The position numbers were made by a program, and so were the translations under genes. Shown piece after piece: positions 13,534-26,700 of a DNA stretch of 64,000 nucleotides (its first letter is position 1; the number at the start of each line of letters is the position of its first letter). Below the pieces are notes generated by a model. It saw only the letters and a program-made list of their open reading frames with translations. It made no database searches and had not been told where the DNA came from. Source of the DNA: the human T2T-CHM13v2.0 reference genome, Homo sapiens; NCBI RefSeq assembly GCF_009914755.1, contig NC_060925.1; one strand, given 5' to 3'.

Positions 13534-14499
13534 AAATTATTCTTATTTTTTTTTCAATTTACACATTTCCTTAAAAAATGATCTTAAAGAACTTGTATAT
13601 GCAGGACTTCATAACACACAGTGCTGACTGTGAGATCTGAGTGTGAAGCTAATTTTTCATCTCTTTACCTCAGCTTTTAGTCTTCTAAATCTATAAATGC
13701 TAAATGCTAGAATTTTAGTGTAGAATTGTCCTTGGGCATGGTTTGCAATTGGCTCCTACTTACACAGTGACACCTGAAATAGGGCCCAGGAAGATAGGAA
13801 CATTGAATGATGGGTTTGGGTGATAAATTAAAAACTGGAGAAAAAAAAAAAAGGAAATGAGTAATGGTGAAAATTTTTTAAAAAGAAAAAATATATTTTA
13901 TTTTCTTTCATCAGAAAGTATATTACCCTATATTAGGGCCAACATAGGAAGAGGAAATAATGATAACTATATAGATAAATCATGCACATTCCAGTGATAT
14001 TTGATTAGTCTTAGTGTGTTTTATGGAGGATGCAGTGCTCTAGCCATCCTAGAATACTTACAGGTTCTTGAATGCTGTGTTTTCTGATCTTCAAGCCTCT
14101 ATTTTCTCTCTTATAACTTCACTCATTCTTCAAAATGTAATTTAACTCCTTTAAAAGAAAAAAAACCTCTCTTCTTCTCTCTCTCTATATTCTCAAAGTT
14201 TAGCATCAGGCCAAGTACTTAGGGTCCAATAAATGTTAAAACTGTGGATAAATGATACAGAGATCAGTAGTGGTGGTGAGAAAATTCTCTTCCTTTACAT
14301 TGAAGAAGGGCTTTGGGAAGAAGCATAGTTTCAGAGATGGGAAGGGGAACATGAATATTACATTCTTAAATATAAATTTATATTTAGAATCACATGAAAC
14401 TAAAATTCTCATTAAAACAACTAGAATAAGGTGAATACTCAACTACATAACTATAACTATGTCTGCAAGACCAAAAAGTAAATTATTTGCATCAAGAAA

Positions 14500-14773
14500 A
14501 ATGCAGATAACTCCTACTTTGTACCCGTTGATTAACTTCTCCCAATTTTTCCCAGTCCCAAGCCCCTGCCAACTGCTAATTCTACTCTGGACTTCTGTAA
14601 GTTCTACTTTTTAGATCTATAGATAAGCAAGATTATTTGGTGTTTGTCTTTCTGTGCCTGGCTTACTTCACTAAATGTAACATCCTTCATCTGTGTTATT
14701 GCAAATGATGAGATTTCCTTCATTGCTAATACTAAATAATATTTCATTATATATGTGTGTATATACATGTGTG

Positions 14774-14810
<37 letters not shown>

Positions 14811-17460
14811 TCCATTCTTCTGTTGACCGGCATTTAGGTTGATTCTATATCTTGACTTTTGTGAATAATATTGTGTTGAACATGGAGGTACTTTGAGATA
14901 CTGATTTCATTTGCTTTGGATATATATCCAGAAGTGAGATTATTGAATCATATAGTAGTCTATTTTTAATATTTTGAGAAAAATACACGCTGTTTTCCAT
15001 AATGGCTATAGCAATTTACATTTCTGTCAACAGTATACAAGATTTCCTTTTCTCCACATCCATGCCAATACTTGTGCTTTTGTCTTTATCTTAACCATTT
15101 TAATCATTGTGAGGTGATATCTCATGGTTTTGATTTGCATTTCCTGGATGATTAGGTATGTTGAGTATCTTTTCATATACTTATTGGCTATTTGTATGTC
15201 TTCCTCTGAGAAAAGTGTGTTCAGGTCATTTGCACACTTTTTAATAGAGTTATTTGTTATCTTGCTATTGAGTTATTTGAGTTTCTATATTTTTGGCTAT
15301 TAACACATTATCAGATATATGGCTTGCAAAATTTTCTCCCATTTCTTAGGTTGTGTCTTTACTCCTTCAATCATTTTCTTTGTTGTACAGAAGCTTCTTA
15401 GTTTGATGCATTCCCATTTGTCTACTATTTTGCTTTTGCTGCCTGTGCCTTGGTGTCATATCAAAAAAGTTATTGCCTATCCTAATGTAAATAAGTTTTC
15501 CCCTATATTTTATTCTAGCAATTTTACAGTTAAGTCTTAAATTCATTTTGAGTTTATATTTGCATATGGTATAAGATTCCAATTTCATTCTTTTGACTGT
15601 GGATATCCAGTTTTCCCAGCACAGTATATTGAGGAGACTTTCCTTATTTTGTGTTCTTGGCATATTTATTGAAGGTAAATTGGCCATGAATGTGGATTTA
15701 ATTCTGAGCTCTCCTATTCTGTTCCATTGATGTATATGTCTCTTTTTATGCCTGAACTATTCTGTTTTGGTTGGTATAGCTTCGTAGTACATTTTGAAAT
15801 CAGATAGTTCGATGCCTCCAGCTTGGTTCCTTTTGTTCAAGATTGCTTTGGCTATTTGAATTCTCTTGTAGTTCCGTATGAATTTTAGGATTTTTTTCTA
15901 TTTTTATTAAAAATGTCATTGTATTTTTATAGGGATTGCAAGACTCTGTAGCTTACTTTGAGTAGAATTGCCATTTTACAATGTTAATTATTCCAATCCA
16001 TAAACATGAGAAATCTTTCCAGTTATTTGTGTCTTCAAAATTTATTTCATTAATATCTTGTAGTTTTCAGTGTACAGATCATTCAACTGCTTGGTTAAAT
16101 TTATTCTTAAGCATTTTATTCTTCCATAATGCCATTGTAAAGGAGATTGTTTTGCTTTTTTATAGAGTCATTTTTAGTGTGTAGAAATGCAACATTGGTT
16201 TTTCTTTTTATTCTTCTGACTTGTTACTTTCAAATGACTTATCTTTTTGCTTGCTGATTCTTTCTTCTGCTTAAAGCTCTCTATGGAATTTTTCAGCCCA
16301 GTCATTGTGTTCTTCAGCTCCAGAACTATAATTTGGTACTTTTTTTCTAGTTTCTACCTCTTTGTTGAACTTCTCATATTATTCATTATTATTTTCCTTG
16401 TTTTGTCTGGTTGCCTCTCCAGGTTCTCTTACAGCTTACTGAGCTACTTTCAAATTATTATTTTTAATTATTTGTTGAGAAGTTTGTAAATCTTCATTTC
16501 TTTAGGATAAGTTACTGGTGCTTTATTTTGTTCCTTTAGTGATGTCATTGTTTTCTGATTATTTATGATCCTAGTGGCCTTGATGTCTGTGCATTTGAAG
16601 AACTAGGCACTTCTTAGAGTCCTTACTGACTGGCTTCAGTAGTTAGCCTATCCAGAGATTTTATGTGGGCCATTTAGTGGGTTCTACTGATTAGTCTGCT
16701 GCTGTTATCCTTAGATGGGGTGGCCTGGGTCCTGGGTCAGTGGGAAGGCAGGCCTAGCACCTGAGTCCACAGCAGCCAGCCTGGAGCCTGGGTCTGCAGA
16801 GGCTATACTGAAGCTTAAGTCTGCAGGTATGAACCTGAAGCTTCTGTCTGCATGGATAAACCTGGCGCTTGAGTCTGTGGTATGGGACTGAATTCTAGGT
16901 CCACAAGGGCCAGCCTGGTGATGGAGTGTGGCTGGAGCCTGGGTCTGAAGGGGATATCCAGGATTCTGGAGTTGTGGTTGCCTCCCCTTGCACTGGGGAG
17001 GCCACAACCCTGGGACCATGGGTGTTGGCCTGGTGCTGGGGTGGGCTTGGAGCCTGAGTCCACAGGGACCAGCCTGGCATTGGTTTACTGTCATGAACCT
17101 GGTGCTGGGGTCTGTGGGAAAGCTGACTTTTCACTTTATTCTTCTTTCCCTATGTGGATAGTATTTTTCTTTGCACTGTGCTGCCCATGCTGGGGGGAGT
17201 GGTGGTGTGTGTAATGTGAAACTGTCCTTTGTACACTTTTCAATGCATCTTTCCTTATTTCTGTGCTTCCCCTGGGTGCTGTAATCTCTCACCTAGATTT
17301 CCTAGCTGGTGTGAAGATAGTTTTATGCATAGGTACTTGTTCAAATTGATGCTTTTATAATGGGATAAGTGCCTCAAAATCTTATTCTGCCATGTTGCTG
17401 ACATTTTCTATCTTTGCTTGAAAATTTTACTCTGCCACGTTGCTGACATTTTCCATCTCT
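14500..17460 (-). mobile_element. Old L1 (L1MA/L1M2-like) with both ends present and a large internal deletion near 16195
   Basis: L1MA 3' UTR and ORF2 to ~16195, then ORF1-like sequence and a GC-rich subrepeat 5' UTR (16700-17130) ending in 'ttctgccatgttgctgac'. Confidence 0.85.
14776..14808. repeat. (TG)~16 microsatellite
   Basis: Seen directly. Confidence 0.95.
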
Positions 17461-17934
17461 ACTAGTCTTAGGACTCTTAATGAGGACTAGGGACCTAAGA
17501 AGGAGGCAAAGTGGTTTAATAAAAAGAGAACAAGTTTGAATGTGTTCAAAATTGAAAACTCTTAAAATTAACTGAAAATGATAAAATGAGGCAATTTGTT
17601 GGGATAGAAAATTGTGAAATTAATTGGAACTTGGATCTATCTATAAATCTGAGATGGAAAATTATTAGTAAATATTTTCAGAACTAATTGCAAACATATT
17701 TAAAAACAAGAGACTGAAAACTAAGAATGACATATTGGGGAAGTATTTTTACACCTGAGACTGTAAAAGGAATAAATCATGGGACATATTAGTTCTGCCT
17801 CAACAATAAAGTTTATCACAGTGAAAAAATCTGTAGTTTAACTCACATAATAGTATTGGATAAGGCCATGAAGTAAGGTCTATTATTTCATGAGAAGTCA
17901 GGCATTGCTAAATAATTTAAGAGTTCAGAAGAAT

Positions 17935-18110
17935 CAGAATTTCAGAGCTGAAATAAACCTTATGAATAATCTAATCTGGCTTCTTAATTTTATAGTTAAA
18001 GAAATTGAGGTTTAGAGAATAAAAAGAATTACCTAAGGTCACCTAGGGATTTATCAATAGAGTGGAAAGAAAGAGTCAGGACTTCAAGTTTTCAGCCTGG
18101 TGCCCATTTC
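17935..18110 (-). mobile_element. MIR (MIR3/MIRc-like)
   Basis: 'ttttatagttaaagaaattgaggtttagaga...ttacctaaggtcacc'. Confidence 0.6.
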
Positions 18111-18607
18111 TTGTGACAATATAACATGTTGAGCTATGTGTCAATAATTTCTTTACTAGAAATTATGTATGAAATTCAGCTGCTTCTTGGCTGAATAGAT
18201 TTCCGTTTTTGGGAATGATGAGATACAATTACATTTAGCAAGTATTTATTCAGTACATCCCTGTGCTTGGCACTCCAAAAATTTGAAATATAGTGGAAGG
18301 TTCATTCCCTTCTCTAGTGGCATATGAAATTGCAAGTTCCTCACAAAAGTGTGAAATTTTTAGTATCTGGGTCATCTTACATTCACTGTGTTCTCAGTAA
18401 TTATCATAGGTCCTGTTATATAATGGGTAGTCAAAAACTGCTCAATAACTCAACCTGGAGAAAGAAAACTGATATCTAGATCACCAAACCATGAGCATTA
18501 AATTGTTAACCAGAAAATTCTGAGCAACTGTAGTAAGAATAGGAGACATTAAAATGTGTTGTTCTTGTTTCTAAGCAATGAAAACCTTTTTTAAAAATAC
18601 TGTACCT

Positions 18608-18943
18608 GGCTGGGCATGGTGGCTCACGCCTGTAATCTCAGCACTTTGGGAGGCTGAGGCAGGTGGATGGTGAGGTCAGGAGATTGAGACCATCCTGCCT
18701 AACACGGTGAAACCCCATTTCTACTAAAAATACAAAAAAATTAGCCGGGCATGGTGGCAGGCGCCTATAGTCCCAGCTACTCAGGAGGCTAAGGTGGGAT
18801 GAATGGCGTGAACCTGGGAGGCAGAGCTTTCAGTAAGCTGAGATTGTGCCACTGCACTCCAGCCTGGGTGACAGAGCGAGACTCTGTCTCCAAAAAAAAA
18901 AAAAAACAAAAACAAAAAACCAACAACAAAGCAAAACAAAAAA
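18608..18943 (+). mobile_element. AluY
   Basis: 'accatcctgcctaacacggtg', 'gaatggcgtgaacc'; TSD core actgtacc. Confidence 0.93.
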
Positions 18944-19139
18944 ACTGTACCCAATTTAGTATTTTCCTTCTCACAGTTTTTTTTTAAAGGAAAAAGATAG
19001 TGGCAATGGAAAAAAATTAACCTGGTGACCTCCACAGCATGGCAGGATACTGTGCTATGCTGAATGATAAGTAGAAGACTGAAAAATAAGCTATTTCCCA
19101 ATAAAAAGTATCTGAAGTATAAAATTATCTATGAAGTAT

Positions 19140-19417
19140 AAATTATCCCTCAGAATTTATTCCAACTTGAGGCAAGGGAGCTATATTCTCACATCATTTA
19201 GTTATTGGCTTCGGGTCATACCAGGATGACGGAAATATAAACTCCCAGGTATTTCCAGACCTCTGTGCAGTCAAAGTAGTTGTAATAGCTCAAGGGCAGC
19301 CTCTAAAGAGAACCACAATGAAATAATTTGTAGTACAAATAAAAGCCAAGGGAAGGATGCACAGAACTGGTAAAGCAATGGAATCTGAGCAGACCACAGG
19401 CAGTAGTATCTGCTATA
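19140..19417 (-). mobile_element. Old ERVL LTR fragment, LTR16-like
   Basis: 'gatgcacagaactggtaaag...atctgagcag...atctgctata' resembles the reverse complement of the LTR16 start. Confidence 0.5.
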
Positions 19418-19418
19418 G

Positions 19419-19724
19419 CAGGAGTCAGCAAACTTTTCCTGCAAAACCAAGCCATATTATATATTATCTCTGTTGCAATCATTGAACTCTGTTATTGCAG
19501 TGCAAAAGCTTCCAGAAACAATAAATGAGCAAATGAGCAGGTACGTATCCTAACAAAACTTTACTATAAATACTGAAATTTTAATTGTATGTAATTTTTA
19601 CATGTCACAAGATATTATTTTTGCTCTGACTTTAAAAAGATGATTAAAAATACAAAAACCATTCTTAGCTCACAGGTTGTACAAAAACAGGCAATGATTC
19701 CAGGCTGTAGTTTGCTGACTGTTG
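19419..19724. mobile_element. MER58B-like hAT-Charlie DNA transposon
   Basis: Terminal inverted repeats 'caggagtcagcaaact' / 'agtttgctgactgttg'; internal 'aaaaccattcttagctc'. Confidence 0.85.
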
Positions 19725-19729
19725 AAACA

Positions 19730-20520
19730 GTACTATTCAAACTGCTTCATGTTTATTAGCTCATTTTTCTTCATAACAACTTATTGTATTATGACTATTA
19801 TTTTCCCCATATTACAGACAAAGGGACTGATGCACAGATTGGTAAAATAACTGTAGGATATAATAAATTCCTCTTCAAAGGTTTTAGCCTGTAAATTCTT
19901 AAGTACAATGAGTTCTGAGATCCTCTCCAAAGACGCAATGTATCAGTATGTTCAGCTCCCCTCTTCTTTGTTCTTCATTTTAAAGTTTAACTTCCTCATT
20001 ATCTTTGTCTCCTTGCCCCTAGTTTCAGTAAACAACCTCCTCCTAGCTTCTATCACCTGCTCCATCCTGAGTCACCCCTGGTCACCTGCTCTGACCTGAG
20101 TCATCCAGAGTCACCTGTTCTGTAACTGTCCTTCCGGCCAAACTACTCACCCTGCCACTCCAGCTTGTATCCTTGCTCTCTTTAAAATAGCCAATCATAA
20201 TTAGCTTAGATTGTGCAGTCCAACCCAAACCCAAGCCAATAGGGGAATGACACAGCTGTAGGGGCTACCTGCATCAGGGATAAGAACGCCTTTCCCTCCC
20301 TTGTGCAGGTGTGCTCTTGCCATTGCTCCATCTGTGATGTGCACCCTTCTATAGAAGTAAAATTGCCTTGCTGAGAAAATTACATTTATGTTTGAGTGCT
20401 ATTTCTTTCGTGGCACTGAAAGTTTATTTCTAACCAAGTCAACTTTTACTCAGCTAATAAGTAGCACAGCCAGGATTTGAGTACATGGTCTAGCTAGTCT
20501 ATGCTCTTAATTGCTATACC
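19730..20520 (-). mobile_element. MIR split by the LTR10 insertion
   Basis: 'ttccccatattacagacaaagggactga' before the LTR, continuing as 'cagctaataagtagcacagccaggatttga' after it. Confidence 0.6.
19852..20435 (+). mobile_element. LTR10-family (HERV-I) solo LTR, LTR10A/F-like
   Basis: 'aatgagttctgagatcctctccaaaga...gtatcagtatgttcagct'; ~29-bp internal repeat carrying TGAGTCA; CCAAT boxes. Confidence 0.8.
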
Positions 20521-20850
20521 ACATTGTGCCTGACCTTAACAGAAATAAGCTAAAAAAAAGCAAAAATTCTATTATATAGATAACATAACCAACCTTCCTT
20601 TACTGATATTTCTAGAGCTGTATAGGAAGTGAACCTAAGAAAGAACAGAATCACACACCTTCTGGCTGCAATAACTGGCACATGGTATTGCATTAGGTCT
20701 TCACCTCAGTGTGCTGGAAGTCAATGATATGTCTTATTTTCAGAAAGCGGTTCATCTTTGGAGTAAAATAGCTTTATTGAAAGTTATGCAGTTCTCTTAT
20801 TTGGAACAAAAAAAGGTATGTGGGCTATGTATCTGGAAAGGATGGAGTCT

Positions 20851-21453
20851 TGTCATATAAAGACAAGCTTTACTATACAACCAGCTTTACTTGAACGTAT
20901 CCTAGCTTATATATTTTTTCCCGGTGCTATCATATATTGTATGGCTATTGCTTTAGGGACCTTGAGAACTGAAACATCTGCACCCATGCAGCTTTCTGTC
21001 GACATTAATGTGACTTTACTCTTCCACTGTTTCCAATTTCCAAGAAACTCTTGCCTAGGAAGACAAAAGTTGAAAGTAAATTTATTGTTTATTCCAGGAA
21101 CATCCAGAAGAATTTATTTAAATGAATATCAAACTATTTAACTCTTCAATAGATAGGTTCTAATGATTGTTTAGTCTCCAAGACTATTTGAACTTGCCTG
21201 AAAAGCCTTGTCTTTGGACACATCAATACTAAACTAACACATTGTTACAAAATTTAACTAAGCTCATGAATTGAAAGGCCCACCTTAAACCAGAGTCTAA
21301 AACCCCACAAATATCCCAACTTTGTACTCCCTGCTCTGAGATACAACTATGACTTTGCTAAGGTAGTGCCTTCCTTTACCATGGTAAAATTAAACTCAGC
21401 CTTATCTTATCAAAAGTTGCTTTGATAATATTTCAGGGAGTCAGCACTTGACA
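20851..21453 (+). mobile_element. Old ERV1-type solo LTR (MER89/MER90/MER110-like)
   Basis: tgtca...tgaca termini; 3' 'attaaactcagccttatcttatcaa...gggagtcagcacttgaca'. Confidence 0.55.
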
Positions 21454-23500
21454 ATATCCTAGTTTTCTATATTTTTAATACTTTGAACTGTCTGTAGTTG
21501 AAGATAATACAGATGTTAACAGGTTCTCTGAGTTAGGAGCTCCTTCTAGGCAATGTTTTTATGAAGAGAATCTGGGAACTGAAATCTTCTTCCTGGCTGT
21601 AATGCAGATCTTCACCACTTCTGAGATTAAATGTACCTTCCATTAATGTGTAAATTACTTGGAAAGTTTTTATTAAGCAAATGGTGGTTTTTTTTTTTTT
21701 ACAACTGCTGATGTTCTCTAATTGAGGAATTATGTTATTAGATTCAGTTGGTTTATGACAAAGGCCAGTGCATAGAAGAGACCATAAATGAATGTGCCCA
21801 TCTTTATTTGGTTCCTGGGAAGCTAAAATTGAGGAGTTGAATCTTTCCCTCCCCATAACCTCTATTGAGAGAGATTCTGAGTGAATTCAAAATGCAGGAA
21901 GTTCACATTTTTATCAGGAAAAAAATCTGATAGTTTTGGTTAGACAAAAAGCCCTTAAAAATCTAATTAAGTCTTAGTTTTTGAAGAATAACTATGACAT
22001 TTCTATTGAAGGCAACCCATGAAGCAATGTAATAGCCCAAACAGACAAAGGTTGGGAGCCTAATTTGGGTCAATTCTGGTCACAAATCAATTTTTATTTT
22101 AAAGATAGCCTGAAAATAACCTGAAATAAACTTATTTTATAAAGTAACTGTGAAAACTTATTGTTCCTTTTGCTGTATTTTTTATTGTGCTTTGGGACTT
22201 GGTTTACTCAGCTATAAAATTTTTAATAGAGTATTTCTTGCTTTTGCTTGGGAAACTAACAAGAATATGACACTTTAGGGGTTATTTGATGGAAAGGAGA
22301 AGAAAATCTTTAAAACTTGCTGAAGCAAGCTGTAGCTACTGTAGTCTAAATAAAGCTTCTCTTTGCTTTGGTTGTCTTCTACAAGGCAAGTAAGGCCCCT
22401 CTATTATTTATGTGCAAAGATTTGATGGAAGCCAACCTTTAAAATATTTCTACTCTACTAAGCTTAAATACTAACCATATTTGGGATTTGCCTAACACCT
22501 CTTCTCCAGAGGGTTTTAAATACATTTTACCGAGGATGTAAGTGATGATATACAAAACATTTTGCCTTTTTAGCCTGTCACACTCTGGGAGATCGGGAAC
22601 AAACTTTTGAATACTGGAAAAAGCTATGTATGCCCTGAATTTCTAGTTCGTTTTACCTAATCAACCCAGTCAAGGTAGGCATGGGGAGTCAGTTCAAAAC
22701 TCTCAATATAGTCTGTTGATTTTTTTTCATTCAAATAAGCCATGTTCCTGAAAGTCATAATTTATAATAAAATACACTTTTTGAGACAAAAGACAAACTT
22801 TATTAGTATGTCTAATTTTTTAGCATTCTTGAAAGAACTTACACTTTCTACTGCATAATGATGCAAATGTTGTTTTCTTAACGGTGGATAATTATTTGTG
22901 TTCTCTGGATAACACAGCACTGGAAAGTGGAGAGATAACTGAGTCAGGGAAGAATTCTGATGCTCCTGGGAACTCAGGGTCCAGATTTACATAAAAGGTT
23001 CTGTATTTATAAAAAAATTTATTGTATATCTTCCACATTTTCACAACTGTATGATAGGAAATAATGTTCAGTCAGCCAAGTTTTTATTGGCACGTTTCAG
23101 AGTGAAACTCAGACAATTTGCATTCATATTTTATTGACTATTCCGTAATACTCTGTATCTTTGAAATAAATAGGCCTTGGCATTCCATTTCCATCCTTAT
23201 GCTAAACCTATTATTTTTCTGTTTTATTCCTTTTGGAAAATAGACTGTGACTTTCCAGAATTACTTTCTCAGTTTCTAAGGAAGCAATTTTTAAGGCTTC
23301 TTTTACTTTTTATATTTAAAGAAGTTTGTTGATGCCTTTAAACTTAAGTTCTTACAATGATTTACACTCTATACTCACCACATTTCTTGGTGGTATATAA
23401 TTAACCATTTTGTTGGGCAGAGAAACACAAACTAGTAGAATGAAACTAGCTTGAGTTATAATTGCTGTGCTGTGCTAGTACCATTGGGTTAAGATTTTCT

Positions 23501-24663
23501 TTTTTTTTTATTTTTTTAAATTTTTAAATTTTATTATTATTATACTTTAAGTTTTAGGGTACATGTGCACAATGTGCAGGTTTGTTACATATGTATACAT
23601 GTGCAATGCTGGTGTGCTCCACCCATTAACTCGTCATTTAGCATTAGGTATATCTCCTAAAGCTATCCCTCCCCGCTCCCCCCACCCCACAACAGTCCCC
23701 AGAGTGTGATGTTCCCCTTCCTGTGTCCATGTGTTCTCATTGTTCAATTCCCACCTATGAGTGAGATTATATGGTGTTTGGTTTTTTGTTCTTGGGATAG
23801 TTTACTGAGAATGATGATTTCCAATTTCATCCATGTCCCTACAAAGGACATGAACTCATCCTTTTTTATGGCTGCATAGTATTCCATGGTGCATATGTGC
23901 CACATTTTCTTAATCCAGTCTATCATTGTTGGACATTTGGGTTGGTTCCAAGTCTTTGCTATTGTGAATAGTGCCGCAAGAAACATACATGTGCATGTGT
24001 CTTTGTAGCAGCATGATTTATAGTCCTTTGGGTATCCAGTAATGGGATGGCTGGGTCAAATGGTATTTCTAGTTCTAGATCCCTGAGGAATCGCCACACT
24101 GACTTCCACAATGGTTGAACTAGTTTACAGTCCCACCAACAGTGTAAAAGTGTTCCTATTTCTCCACATCCTCTCCAGCACCTGTTGTTTCCTGACTTTT
24201 TAATGATTGCCATTCTAACTGGTGTGAGATGGTATCTCACTGTGGTTGTGATTTGCATTTCTCTGATAGCCAGTGATGGTGAGCATTTTTTCACGTGTTT
24301 TTTGGCTGCATAAATGTCTTCTTTTGAGAAGTGTCTGTTCATGTCCTTCGCCCACTTGTTGATGGGGTTGTTTGTTTTTTTCTTGTAAATTTGTTTGAGT
24401 TCATTGTAGATTCTGGATATTAGCCCTTTGTCAGATGAGTAGGTTGTGAAAAATTTCTCCCATTTTGTAGGTTGCCTGTTCACTCTGATGGTAGTTTCTT
24501 TTGCTGTGCAGAAGCTCTTTAGTTTAATTAGATCCCATTTGTCAATTTTGGCTTTTGTTGCCATTGCTTTTGGTGTTTTAGACATGGAGTCCTTGCCCAT
24601 GCCTATGTCCTGAATGGTAATGCCTAGGTTTTCTTCTAGGGTTTTTATGGTTTTAGGTCTAAT
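23501..24663 (-). mobile_element. 5'-truncated young L1 (L1PA3-like), 1.16 kb
   Basis: Poly-T, L1PA 3' UTR, ORF2 C-terminus; perfect 14-bp TSD GGTTAAGATTTTCT (23487-23500, 24664-24677). Confidence 0.95.
23744..24663 (-). pseudogene. L1 ORF2p C-terminal remnant (frameshifted near 24035)
   Basis: ORF track: [11 protein letters not shown]...[12 protein letters not shown], continuing in another frame as [19 protein letters not shown]. Confidence 0.9.
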
Positions 24664-25480
24664 GGTTAAGATTTTCTGTTGCAACAAATATCAAAGCAAA
24701 TCTCATCTCCTATAGAAAAATAGGCATGCAAGAGAAAAAGGGAAAAACATGGAAGAATTTCAACTTTGTTGAGTAATGTGAAGGGACTAGAGAAGTTTAG
24801 GACATGGTAACCACTTCTAAGGACCTTCATGTCTATTTGACTTCACCATGATTCCCCCCTCTATGAGTAAATTCATAATGTAAGAGTTGCATTTTGATTG
24901 GATTTGGCTTACACACTTGATTGCTCTTTGTTGACTGTTTCTTAACAGGTCACCTAGATTCAACAAATTTGGATCACATTTACTCTTGAATAAAAATATG
25001 TAAATTTCAATAGCGTTCCAGTCAAAGTTCTTTTGGTTGCAAATAGTCACTCTTTTCCACTAGTAAAATAGAGGATTTTATCATGCAATGCAGAGGATAT
25101 TCATGATCCCAAGGCAAAGTTCACATTTTATATTGTAATGGAATTGGGGGCCAGGAAGTTAATTCATTCCTATTAGCTCTCTAGAGCCATGTGGTCTTTC
25201 TTATCTCTGCTTTGCCTAATGTTCTATTCATCTCTCTTTTTGCTTACTCAAAATGTACCTGGTTCAACATGGTCTCCAGACTCTGCCACTACATCATGAA
25301 TACTTAGCTTCAACAACCAACATTAATTGACAACTGTCTCTGTGCATTTTGTTCAGATTCTCTTGAGGGGATGTGATTGCCTAAGCCCAGCTAACATTTG
25401 GAGAACCCTTTGTTCATTCCTAGTCCTCTTAGCTTTGGCTGGAAGACAGGTTCATATGATACAACATAGATGGTTAGTTC

Positions 25481-26000
25481 TGTCAGAGGCATTTGAACCA
25501 GAGCAACTCCATTTTGAGTGAGGGCTAGGAAAATGAGGCTGAGACTTGCCGGGCTGCATTCTCAGGAATTTAGGCATTCCTAGCCTCTAGATGTTTATGG
25601 TTAAGGGAATAAATTAATAATGTTTACTAAACAGACCCAGACTTAGGAATGTCCAGATATCCCAATATCTGGAAAGCAAAGGCATTCCTAATATTGCTTT
25701 AAAGATAATAATATTGATTCTTGAAAAATACAGTAATTAAGAAAGTTAATCCTTTATCACAAACCTTTGTAGCAGAGCACATCTCCCCATATAAACAAAC
25801 ATTGTACCTAGGGTAGATGCGTTCCTCCTGTTACTTTCAGGAACGTCCCACTCTGCCTATGGAGTAGCTGTCCTTTCACCACTTTACTTTTTAAATAAAT
25901 TTGCTTTTACTTTGCACTGTGGACTTGCCCTGAATTCCTTCTTGCATGAGATCCAAGAACCCTCTCTTGGGGTCTGGATCCGAACCCCTATATTATAATA
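25481..26000 (+). mobile_element. MER41-family solo LTR (MER41C/D-like)
   Basis: Start 'tgtcagaggcatttgaaccagagcaactccat'; 3' 'gagatccaagaaccctctcttggggtctggatc'; TSD GTTC. Confidence 0.88.
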
Positions 26001-26219
26001 GTTCTACTACTTTAGCAGTGGCTGTGAGTGTAAACTATTTCTGTTGAAGGGGCGGCTGGTCTAGGAGGTATTGAATGGTTTGACATGAGTTAGTCTGGGT
26101 TAGCCTTTTCACCAGATCTGTCTTGATATATGTGACTTCCACAACATCTGGAAGAATATCCAAGAATAGACATTCAAGTTTGTCAAGACTCCTTCACTGT
26201 TAGAGGTGTGCCCCTTATG

Positions 26220-26700
26220 CTTCATTTAGTAAATATTTTTGCCAGGTGCTGACCCAGGTCCTGGTAATACAGTGGTGAAGAAGACAAGGAAAGGCCCTGT
26301 GTTCCTGAAACTTGTATTATATTGAAGGAGGGCAGCAATGCCAAATAAACAAACCAGCTATAAAATTTTATGAGAAAATGTTTAGTGCTATAAAGATGAT
26401 AATACAGGATGATGTGATACAGAGTGAACGTGGGATTAGATTGGATTCCTAGGTAAGTTATCTCTGAGGCAGTAAACTTTGAGCTAATATCTAAATGATA
26501 AAGGTGCTTGCCACATTTCTAAACATTTCATATGTATTAACTCATTTTTTCTCACATTTAGCTTATGAAGTAATTATTCATATTCTCTACAGTTGATAAA
26601 TGAGGAAACAAAAGCATGGAGACCCAGTCAGAATATGTAGGTTGCCTATGGTTGCATAACTAAGTAATAGAGCTAGAATTCAAACCCTAACAGTACCAAT
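26220..26700 (-). mobile_element. L2 3' fragment followed by a MIR
   Basis: 'gccaggtgctg...atacagtggtgaagaagaca' (L2); 'ataaatgaggaaaca...gagctagaattcaaacc' (MIR). Confidence 0.55.

Noticed and set aside
16700-17130. GC-rich island with short repeated units and several ORFs
   Set aside because: Subrepeat-containing 5' UTR of an old L1; CpG-depleted, not a CpG island or CRISPR-like array
23959-24687. Longest ORF (242 aa)
   Set aside because: C-terminal L1 ORF2p remnant in a 5'-truncated element, frameshifted, with a non-ATG start in the flank; not a gene
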